This document shows, piece by piece, positions 12,801-23,720 of a stretch of DNA of 64,000 nt. Every line of letters starts with the position of its first letter. The first letter of the stretch is position 1. The stretch comes from Octopus bimaculoides (lineage: Eukaryota), in assembly GCF_001194135.2 (NCBI RefSeq), contig NC_068998.1:39967389-40031388 (forward strand), read 5' to 3'. The notes beneath the pieces were generated by a model. The model searched no databases, was not told where the DNA came from, and saw only the letters and a program-made list of their open reading frames with translations. The translations under genes and the position numbers were made by a program.

Positions 12801-14519
12801 CTAAAAAGAAATTGAAAAAGAAATAATACTCAAAAGATAGTAACACAGAAAGATTGAAAGAGAGAGAGAGAGAGAGAGATTGAGTGATTATCAATTGACA
12901 AAGTATACCACGGTAAATATCTAAACATGTCTTTCAAAGAAGAGACACACAAGTCATGAAGCGAACATCTACATGGCCGCTTAACTTGTGAGAAATAGCA
13001 CTCAAATCTCCTTCAAACCACAATATACGATCTTAAAAACATCAGATAAACAAAGTTCCAGATAAACATATTGCAGGTGTGTGTTTGTATGTGGAGATAG
13101 GCTGGAATGTTTTTCATATTAGGTCTGCTGGATCAGGGTTGAACTGAGGCTAAACAATAATGTCGACGAGGGAGTTTCTATATAACATGACCTGCTAGAA
13201 ATAGCAGCCAAATTTTATTCAAATAACATCCTACCCAACTTGAAGTATACATTAATGCAAGTAGACTTAGATATAAAAAAAGAAGAGATGGTCTTGGTTG
13301 GAATTCCTTTAATCATAAGTTTGCTCAATCAGAAAGAAAGCAGTGACAAAGTAATTATTCATCACATGGCAAATTTTTGTAACTTGTCATAGAGACACAT
13401 TAAAATTTTAGTGATGGGTCAGAATGTGGTGTGGTCAGTTGTGACATTCTGTCACTGAAAAATAAGACATCTGTTTTTCACCCCTAAGGTATATAACTAC
13501 AGTTATAAGAAGTTGAAGGAAAGCCTGGCTGAGAACTAATAATTAATTGTTACTGCCACCAATGCAGCACAAGAGAATCCGAAGACTTGCTCTTTGGTCA
13601 TGTAATTGTTTACAGTAAAAATAAGTCAAACTTAGTACAATTTAAACTCAGAAAGTAAAAGACCAAAACAAAGCACTGCAAAACATTTTGTCTAATGCTT
13701 TTATGATTTTACCAACATACCACTCTCAATAATAATTGTTTCTAGCATAGATTACAAGGCCTGAAATTTGTTCATCAATTATATCAACCCTAGTACTTGT
13801 ACTTTATGTTATCAACTTTGAAATGGTGAAGGACAAAACTGACCTCATACCACATACTCTCTCAAATTCATTAATCTATTTACTGAATAAAATGCATACT
13901 CTGCATTCCATGACAATGCACAATCTTCCAAGTAAACTAGTCACATGCTATTTCCTATATACACAACACATGCTATCTTACCACAAGTTGCTTGTCAAGA
14001 AAAAGGTCATGAGGACTATTTAATAATAATAATTACACAAAGCTTTTAAAATGAACATAAAAAATCCCATGTCAGCTTCATCTTGTATCTGTTCTTCAGT
14101 CTAGAAAGTCCCAAAAAAGATTATGGACACTGACTCTCCTCATCATATTAGCAGCATTAAAATAAAAAGAAAACTTTATTAACTCAAATTAAGGATTCAT
14201 AAAGGAGAGACTATCATTTTGGCCAAGGTCCATCACAGTAAAGAGCCTCATCTGAAACATTAGGATCTATTTCAACACAATATTCTATAATAGCTTTTAC
14301 CTTAATGACTACATGACTGAAACATATATGATCACATAACCTGCTAGAAACAATAACCAAGTTTCCCTCTAATCTCAGCCCACCAATTAACAAAATGAAA
14401 GACATACATTAGATAATGTCATTCAAGATACAGCCAAAAATGGAAGGAGAATGGGCAGTCATAGCTGACATGCTTTCGATTGTTGATCTGCTTGATGTGG
14501 GTTGACCTGGTGCTAAACT

Positions 14520-15450
14520 ACAAAACCACACAACTTTTGTTTTAATTTCCAATTATATTCATGTTGATGCAGGCCCTTATTACCAATTCTAACAACACAC
14601 TGGGGCATTTTCTTCTGGGAAGCAAAACAATAGAAATACTTGTTAGTATAGGGGCCAATGCCATGACTTGTATATGAAGAGGGTTCATAAACACTGGAGT
14701 TTGTTGATGGAAAAGAAATCTGAAGAAGCGTTGTGGTCAAATGGATAAAGTACTGGGATACCACCTCATGAGCTGTGAGTTCAAATCTATAGCAAACATT
14801 ATGGTATGTTTCCAGGTAGGACACTTCAATACTGTATGCCTCAATTCTAACAGAAACAGGTAGGTACTTGCTTGCATGGTGATGTGATGGCAGTTTCTTC
14901 ATGCCTGAAGATCATGAAGAAGAGCAATATGCCCTCAAGTGGCTATGTAAAGCAATCCCTTTTCCTCCTGCCTGCACCCAGTATTTTCAAAGTGAGAGTT
15001 ATAGTCTGCACAATCCAAACTCATTCTTTAAAATTAGAGGTCTGACCACAGTGGGCTAAGATGACTACAGTGACCCGCATGCTGTAAGTTTTACATTGGG
15101 GTGACCTGCTTGGTGAACTGCCTTACAGGGCTGGAAAGCTTCACCTATGCTAGAAGGGAGTCAAAGAGGGCACTTGACTGCCTGGGGGACTCCACTCCTT
15201 GAATTGCTATTAAGGTTGACCTCCCTCGCCTTTTTCTTTCCCAAGGTACTCACAAGGTAGTGAAGGTTTGTGTTTGGAGTTTCTTCTATGCTATAACATG
15301 CAAATTAACCTGCAGCTGGGACCTTGAAAGGTGCCACTGCTCTGGGTCAGAGTAGACCTGGGAACAGCTAAGAGGAGATTACACACTCCTCAAAACTCTG
15401 GAACTCCCAAACCAGGGCCCCACAATTGGATGCAGTTTAAAGGTATATCT
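14520..15450 (-). mobile_element. Old RTE-like LINE 5' region and endonuclease start, interrupted by a SINE fragment
   Basis: TWKHTIM resembles the TWNVRTM start of the APE domain. The GC-richer 5'UTR-like block is similar to RTE leaders. Heavily decayed. Confidence 0.4.
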
Positions 15451-16234
15451 AGGAGACATGCATGTTAGATTAGGGCTGAGCTTGGAAATACAACAATACA
15501 AGGGGATTTAAATGTGCAACAAAAACTTGTTGCAAATAGAATTAATGAATAGCATTGATACACACAAAATATGCCTATTAACTGTTAACATACAGATGCA
15601 CATTAAGTTGATGGTCTCCAGATATGTTTTAAACCTTCAGTTGTACAGCAATGATCCTGAAGAGTATCAGATATATAGAGAAGATATTACACAGGCTACA
15701 TATTATGTATAGCTGCACCTATATGGTTCAACAATTGTCTTGGTCACACACACACCAGGTATTCATTCAAATTTGCAACAGATGCACACCAGTAATGCAA
15801 CAAACAAACATCACAGATGTACACATTATGGTGAAATGGTGACATACATGCACTAACAGTGCAACAAATGATTACTCATGCAATGTGACTGTGTTCGTAA
15901 GGATAGTTCATTAAAAATATATATTGTGAAGAATGTGTAACAAGTGTGAAAGAGGTTTCAAATGTGCATTGGTTGCAACTGTGTAAATTTTTATTATACA
16001 AGGAATGTGCATTACTAATGCTATATATATATATATACACACACACACAAACTCTTCTAGTACATACATATCAAACATGGATGTCACTACAAAGCACTAT
16101 ATTCTGAATATAGCTAAACTATATGAGAGATTTAAGTGTTTCTTTAGAACCAAAAAATATTTTCGTGTCCCTTGAAGTCCTCTAGATAAAATGTCTTCAG
16201 TGTCAAATACTAGTCATTATCTACCCTACTTTAC

Positions 16235-16294
16235 TCCTTTTAGCAACAATCTGTCCCAGTCCACCCGTGCCAAAGTAATCATCATCATTCATAT
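16235..16294 (-). CDS. Candidate 60-nt exon, (D)MNDDDYFGTGGLGQIVAKR
   Basis: atattcatttag|AT ATG AAT GAT...AGG A|gtaaag (alternative donor at 16230). The frame is open and GC-richer than its flanks. No homologue recognised. Confidence 0.35.
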
Positions 16295-17954
16295 CTAAAT
16301 GAATATTTTGATATAGTGTGAATGGTGTCATGATTGATACAAATATAACATAATATATACATGAACTTGCAAATATTTTACTAAACCACTTCAAAAACTT
16401 GATTGGCACCTTAGGAATATGTCACTCTATATAGCCCCAGATTGATATCTTGTGAGTGGATTTGGTAAACGGAAATTGTGTAGAAGCACACTATATAGAT
16501 ATTTAAGAGTGTGTGTGTATGTCTATCTTTACTTGACAACTGATGTTGTTTATGTCTTTGTAACACAGAAGTCCAGCAAAAGGGGCCAATAGAATAAGTA
16601 CCAAGTTTAAAATGAATATTGGGGTTGATTTGTATGACAAACACTACAAGGTGTAAAATTCATACATATTTGTGAAAGATTTCAACTTCCAATGGTACTC
16701 CTTGCACCAGCACATCTCATAGCATTATGTGTATCACAAAGACAACATCAACTGACCACCTATGCAATAACACAAGACTATTGAGTGGAAGACCACTGCT
16801 GCAAAAAATTGTTAATCCCGATAGTCCCAATCAACACACATGCAATCAACTTCAAACACCACAGAAGACTACAACAACATCAAGTGAGCCAATAAGAGAG
16901 CATCAGAAGATTGTCCCACAATACCCCAGGCAACAAATCACTGCATATTAGAACACAAATGAATTTGCCTTCCACTTGACAGAAGAATGATATATCAAGA
17001 CAAATGGATTTGCAGATCTCATCTAGTAATGTAAGAGACTACCTACATACTATAGGGTTGCTCAGTCTGTACTGATCAGGGGTAGACAACAACAACTCTG
17101 AATGGCTTTGATCTCTAGAGAGATTGTAATGCTAATCACCATCTAATGTCCACTTTTCCATGCTTGTAAGGGTCAGATAGTATTTGTTGAGACAGCTTTT
17201 TTTTATAAGCAGGTGTCCTTCCTGTCACCAACTCTCACTTGTATACAAGTAAAATTATATTTTCCCATAGCCAGGCACAATTTTCATGTAAGACTGGAAA
17301 TGAACAACATCGTTTGTATGATGGCAATGCTCATTTACAACTATTATGTGATGTCAAGACAAAGGTACACTCACACATATACAAACATATATATATATAT
17401 ATCATTTAATACACACAGGATTTGGAAGGTAGCAAGCTGGCATGCTGGGCAAAATGCTTAGTGGCATTTCATCAGTCAAATGCTGCTGAGGTTGATTTTG
17501 TACTTCATCCTTTGGGGATCGATAAAATAAATATCAGTTGAGCACTGGAGGTGATGTAATTTGCTTACCCTTTACCTGAACTTGCTGGCCCCATGTCAAA
17601 ATTTGAAACCAATATACACAAGATTTAAATACAAGCAATAAGTTTCATACCTTTGATAATGCAATAGGCAGACAAGCTTACAGCAGGCAAGGTATTGATG
17701 GACAATCATTCAGGCTCAAAATACAATGAGCTTCTTCAGTTTTTGTCCATCTCATCCACTCATAAGGTTTTGGTTGGCTCAGAGCTATTTCACAAAACAC
17801 TTGCCCAAGGTGCTGCACAGTGGGACTGAACCTGAGACTGCATGGTTGGGAAACAAGCTTCTCAACCATACATGCACCTGACAGTTAAATTCAAATTCCA
17901 GATGATCTAGAGGTCACTTATCCATCTCACTGTCACTGAAAAATGGTGACTGAC

Positions 17955-17973
17955 CTTGGAATTTGGCAAACAT
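17955..17973 (-). CDS. Candidate 19-nt exon MFAKFQ (phase 0 to 1)
   Basis: Donor AAG|gtcagt is strong. The acceptor aaagacag lacks a pyrimidine tract. The phase links exon 22374 to 16294. Confidence 0.15.
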
Positions 17974-17989
17974 CTGTCTTTATGTACAT

Positions 17990-18170
17990 CAGTGGTTCTC
18001 AACCATTTTTTGATCCCTATTTTATTTGGGTGGATCCTATTAGCCATTTGATGTTTAAAAACCCTATTATATTTTTAGAATTAAATATCATTAAGAATTG
18101 TATAAAAAAATCTAAATAGAAGTTTAACCAGTTTATTGTACACGAATTTTAACAACAAAATCTGATACGG
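17990..18170 (+). mobile_element. hAT/Charlie-like MITE fragment
   Basis: Begins with CAGTGGTTCTCAACC, a typical Charlie-type TIR. The other end was not found. Confidence 0.45.
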
Positions 18171-20059
18171 ACTCCACTGATGTAGATAGCTCAAATATAA
18201 GTACAATCAGCAATAACATGACCAGAGTGAGTTTGCCTTCTTGACAGAGGTGTAGTATTTGAGTTTATCAATTTTACCTAGTGCTGCTACAGATTTTATA
18301 GTTCTAGGTTGAATTGAACAGATACTGATTTGGGTAACATAGTAATTCTAAAAAGATGTTATACCACATCAACAATAACAAACATTTGATTAGTTCTTTA
18401 GAAATTTATTATCAAAATTATCTCCAATTTGCCTAGTTATCCAGATAAAAAGTTTCCCAATGATGTTCAATTTATACATTAATCACAGATCAATCCCATC
18501 AAAATGTGGTGAAGATGGAAATATTAGAAAAATTTTGATCTTTAAGGTCAATCACCACCATCATTTTACGTGTTTTTTCCATGTTGTCATGGGTTGGACA
18601 AGTGTGATCCACTATAATCTCTCATGTTGTTGCATTCGTTTGTTGTCTGATACCCACATTTTAGAAAACTGCTAATCTTTGTTGCTGTGTATATTGTGTT
18701 TTATGACTGGATGCCCTTTCTATTGCCTACCACTTTACAGCAGTGTGAAAAAAAAAATTATCTTATTAACAATTCATTTTAGACATTTTTGTCAATGATA
18801 GCTTGCACAAATCCAAGAGGTTCATGATCAAAGATTATTCCATATATTGCCGATACATAGCTGAATACGATGAAACTTATGGCAAAAGAAGAAAAGAGAA
18901 GTGCAAAAAAAAAAAAGAAGAGATTACTGCTGAAGTAGAGTAGTAATGTAATAATAATGATCTCTTACACTAACAAAATGTCACAATTATAATGGAAGGA
19001 ATGGTATGATGGTATGGCTGATGGGTTCGACCACTGGTATTCTTATTCCATTGGTTTAGCATGTTTTCTTTAGGACATATGAAAAAATAAAATACTAAAT
19101 GCAATGAGTTATTTAGTCCAGTAAAGAAATTCTATTTCAAAATTTGTTTGAAGACACATGCATTGGTACTGCTGACATTAAAGTGGGGAGGTACATACAT
19201 ACATATAACTGTGACATTGACTGGTACATAATAAAAAGGCATAATAATACAGGAGAAAAAATAATAATTAATGAAATAAACACAACATGAAAACTGAACA
19301 GAAAATATGGAACAAACATTTCTTTACAAAAAATAAATAAAATATAAAGTCACAAGATTAAAACAGAAAAAAACTTTATATGTCAATTTCTGGCACAAAG
19401 GCCACATATAGTGGAGAATTGGACAGATTTTATAATACCTTCCTAAAGTAACAGTAGCCTAAATGCAATAACTCCTTTCAAAAAGATACAAACAAGGATG
19501 GTACAGACACAGTTGATTTCTTTGTTAATTAGTCAAATGAGAGGTGATGCTCATGACTTGCACAGGCATCACTTCCAGACAGGTGAGATCAAGGTGGCTG
19601 ATGTTCAGTTCAGGGGATGAAATTCTAGACAGTTGCAGTTGGGTTTTGTACATGATCTGATATAAGGTTGGGGTGAATGAAACATAGAAGTTGGTGAGAT
19701 ATAGAATGGATACAACAAATGGGACAGAACAGAAGTGGTATATAGCCTGATGGTAGAGAAACCTTTATAATAGCAATGAAAGTGACTGAGAAAATATTTA
19801 ACACATCAGTCAAGTGGCCACTTTTTTAATGTGTCCAAGGATATTTGTGCTTGTAGCAAGAACACTACTCAGTACTGTGAGAGGTACTGTAATAATGTTA
19901 CTTGCACTTGAGCTATTGGCCTCAATATTTTATGGAATTAAATGGAATTCAAACTGGAGAATGATGTAAGTAAATTATAAGCAATGCATTTAGTCCAGCA
20001 TCTTAGTTATGACCTTAAGAATCACAATTAATGACAAAAAAAAAAAAAATTATCCTTAT

Positions 20060-21600
20060 GACAATCATTTTCGATACTGGAACAGAACTCTGCATTTTTT
20101 AAGTAAGCATTACAGTCAATTCACCTGAACCCAATTGACCACTAATACTTTTACTATTGAATTTAGATGTGGGTAAATCAAATTGATCCCAGAACTTGAT
20201 TAATACTTTATTTTATTGACCCTGAAAGAATTAAAGCAAAGCTGATCTAGTTGAGATTTGGACTCAGAGCATAAAGACCCATGACAAATACCACATGAGA
20301 CTGTCTGACACTAATGACTCAGCCAATCCATCACTTAATAATAATGTATCAAATTTTGGCACAAGGCTAGCAATTTTAGCAGGAAGGGATTAACTGATTA
20401 TATTAATCCCAGCACTTGATCGGTACTATATTCTATTGACCCTAAAAGGACGAAAAGCGAAGTTGATCTTGACAGTATTTGAACTCAAAAGGTAAAGAAC
20501 TAGAAGAAAGCACTGTGCATTGTTTCTGATGTGCTAACAATTCTGTCAGCTCATGTCTTAATAATAATAATGCTTCTTAGGTACAATACCAGAAATTTTG
20601 GAGAGGGGACTCATTAATGACATTGACCCTATTACATGACTGATACTGTATTTTATCAACACCAAATGGATAAAGAAGGCAAAATTGGCTTTCATGGGAT
20701 TTTAACTAAGAACTAGAAGTGGAACAAATACTTTAAGGCATTGTGTCCGAGGCTATAACGATTTTGCTAATTCACCACCCTTTAAAAATTGCTTCTTGTT
20801 TAAGCACAAGGCAAACAACTATTTCTTTGGAGTTGGGTGAGGGCGTGTGTAGTCATTTTATAGGAATCCTAAATACTTGATTGATGCCTTACTTCATCAA
20901 CCTGGAGTGGAAGTAAAAAGCAAAGTTGACTTCAGAGGAATTTGAACTTCGAACGTAAAGAGCCAGAATAAATACATATTTTTTTTCCCAATATTTAAAC
21001 ATTCTGCCAACCCACTGTCCTAATGTTTGTTTCTAATACAGACACAAGATCTGAAATTTTGGGGAAGGTAGTACTTGACTGGTACTTATTTGATCAACAC
21101 CAGACGGACGAGAGGCAAAGTCGACCTCAACAGGATATCAACTCACGACGTAAAGGACAACAGCTTAAGTTCTGAGTTCAAATCGCGTCACGTTGACGTT
21201 GACAACTATCCTTTAAGTGTAATAATGGTTTGTTTTTATTTTATTTGTTAGAGGAAGGTATAATCAATCTAGTATATTAATTTAGGCTTAGTGATTTGGA
21301 CGAGATTTTTACACAAACTCAATACAGCGTTTCACTGAAAATAGAACGGATGTCCACCATTCTGCAAGTCTCCGCCATCTATAAATAATGGTTTCAAATT
21401 CTGGCACAAGACCAGCAATTTTAGGGGTAGGAGTAAGTCGATATTACCGACTCCAGTGCTCGACTGCTACTTATTTTATCGTCCCTGAAAGGATGAAAGG
21501 CAAAGTCAACCTCGGCGGCATTTGAAATCAGAAAGTAAACACGGATAAAATGCCGCTAAGCATTTTGCTCGACGTGCTAATGATTCTGCCAGCTGACCGC
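20060..21600 (-). mobile_element. Head-to-tail cluster of about 6 copies of one tRNA-derived SINE family
   Basis: Repeated ~220-bp unit (ggcacaagg...attgacccc...ggatgaaaggcaaagttgacc...tttgaactc...ctaacaattctgccagc), all in the same orientation and separated by short (TAA)n. Confidence 0.8.
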
Positions 21601-22373
21601 CCCACTAGTAATAACAACAATAAAAACCCGAGTTCATTACCTATCCGGGGTATTTATAATAACAGAAACAAGAATAAACAAAATCCACATGCCGGCGTAT
21701 AATAAAGGTTTGATTTTAATGCAAACAAAAAATAGTGAAGTAAATCGTACCCGTGTCCCTGCGTAATTTTCCCAAGTCTTCCATTGAAGTAAATAGTGGA
21801 ACGTAATACAAATTAATAAAACAAGCTGAAATACTCATTTTAAGAGCTTCCTACTATAAGTTTTCTACACACACATATATCTAATATAAACACACACAAT
21901 ATTATATATATATATATATATATAAATATAAAGTAATTTATTAAAGTCGATTGAAAAGTTAAATGGGCGGATCATGAAACGCGTCCTCCTACTTTAATCG
22001 ATGTATTTTACGTCTATTAATAATAATTCATTCAGACTAAAAAGACAATCGATAGCAAGAAGACGTGCAGAACAAAGAAAATGATATCATACAAACTTAT
22101 AAATATGAGCGGCATAACCACAAATATAACCGCAAGAAATACATTATTTTAGTGTTTGTCATTAGACAGAACAACAGCTGTGCATTTCACTTCTTAGGTG
22201 AGGTTAGCATAAAATATGAGTTTTTCTACAGTGTTGCTTTGCGTAACCACATCATGCTGTAACGCTTCTCTGGATATTTCATTACATAGATGACAATACG
22301 GCCGATATAATAGACTGAGGTAGGTAAAAATTTATACCATACATTCAATGCTTAAAGCTGAAAATTACTTTAC

Positions 22374-22411
22374 CTCTTCGACTTGGCCCGAATCCGTGTC
22401 TGCCATTTTGG
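22374..22411 (-). CDS. Coding exon of an unidentified gene: (A)KMADTDSGQVEE; ATG at 22406 in CCAAAATGG context
   Basis: Optimal Kozak context and donor GAG|gtaaag at 22373. The upstream acceptor acattag| at 22412 is in phase with the exon ending at 22928. Lies in a CpG-rich domain. Confidence 0.7.
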
Positions 22412-22466
22412 CTAATGTTTGTATCACGTGATTGCTACTTCCGTTTTAAAAACAGTAAACTTCCGG
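22402..22466 (-). promoter_or_regulatory. TATA-less housekeeping-type core promoter
   Basis: YY1-like AAAATGGC (22402-22409), palindromic E-box TCACGTGA (22424-22431), and ETS sites CGGAAGT (22437-22443) and CCGGAAGT (22459-22466). Confidence 0.65.
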
Positions 22467-22927
22467 CTGGTTTTCCTCCCTCCCCACCTCTTAGCTACAA
22501 CACTTTTTTTTTCTGAGACGAATTCATTTAAATAGCAACTGTATTGCTTTTTATTCACAGCTAGCAGAAATAGCTGCTTTCGATAATTAGCTTATTTATT
22601 TCATATTTTAATACATTAAAAATACATATTTCCAATTCGTGTGTTTCTAGGTTAATTATGCACAAACAACAGCTAAAGTCAAACCAGATGGCTCACGCAC
22701 TTAGTCGGGGAGAAAACATTATTTCGTAGGACAAATTAATTCAAAGAAAAACCGATATAAAATTATCAACGAATTAACATCACATTTCGGTGAATAATAT
22801 CTAATGAGGTTCATGTTTGGTTTACTATCTTAGTGAAATTTTTTATTCAAATTCCTTTTTAAGCGAATAAATATCAAAGTAAATTGAATCGTCTGTTACC
22901 ACACTGTTTCCATATGCGCTCCCTTAC

Positions 22928-23086
22928 CATGTTCTTCCACAACTTCTGCCGACTCCATAAGTGGCAGCTAATAAAACATCGCTGTTCTCAATAACCCTAG
23001 TCTTTATCTAGTCTAACCAGTCGTTTGAGAAGCGCCTCACTGGACCATTGTCTTCTTTCACCTGGCGCTTCTCTTCTTCATCACGC
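22928..23086 (-). CDS. 159-nt exon: 5'UTR plus ATG (22958) encoding MESAEVVEEH
   Basis: Acceptor atcctaccttacag| and donor ATG|gtaagg are both near consensus. An in-frame TAG lies 12 nt upstream of the ATG. The phase-1 junction is in frame with the next exon. Confidence 0.6.
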
Positions 23087-23626
23087 CTGTAAGGTAGGAT
23101 TAATCTAATATTTATTTATGACACTTTGTCATTAACATAATTTATTAAAATGCATGTGTATATGTTTATACCTATGTATGTGGTGCGTGTCTGTTGTGTA
23201 TATGTATTTGTGTCTACGTATATGACTATATATGTATGTGTGTGTATATATATACATATATATATTCGTGATTGTAAATAGTTTGGTCACAAAGTGGAGG
23301 ATCAACTCTCAGTTGCCAATAACTTATAAAGTGGTCACCCGTCATCTGTAGATCTGTCAGTTTCTCTGTGTGTGTGTGTGTGTACCTTTACATATATTTA
23401 TCTTGTGAGATAATCCTTATTCAGCTACTGGAGGTGGATGTGGAAGGAGGTGAAAACATTAACATCCATTCATCCACATTTACTTGCCGTTTATTTATTT
23501 GTTTGTTGTTCGTTCGTTTGATGTAGTGTTTCTTTATTTACCTTTTATTTAATCAAACAACTGCAGCCGACTAAGTTTGTAAGCTCCCGGCAACTCCCGC
23601 CTCGAGCTATTTTTACATTCATTTAC

Positions 23627-23720
23627 CTCCGTTGATGTTCTTTCTCGGCAAAAGAATGAACGACACTACATCACATCCACTCAAAGTAAATCGGGGAAGA
23701 TGATCGATCTTGTTTGTTTT
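23627..23720 (-). other. Probable first (non-coding) exon of the minus-strand gene; 5' boundary uncertain
   Basis: Donor GAG|gtaaat at 23626, CpG-rich surroundings. Confidence 0.45.

Noticed and set aside
14040-14100. Acceptor plus TEEQIQDEADMG on the minus strand
   Set aside because: No usable donor follows, and the frame runs into AT-rich sequence and a stop.
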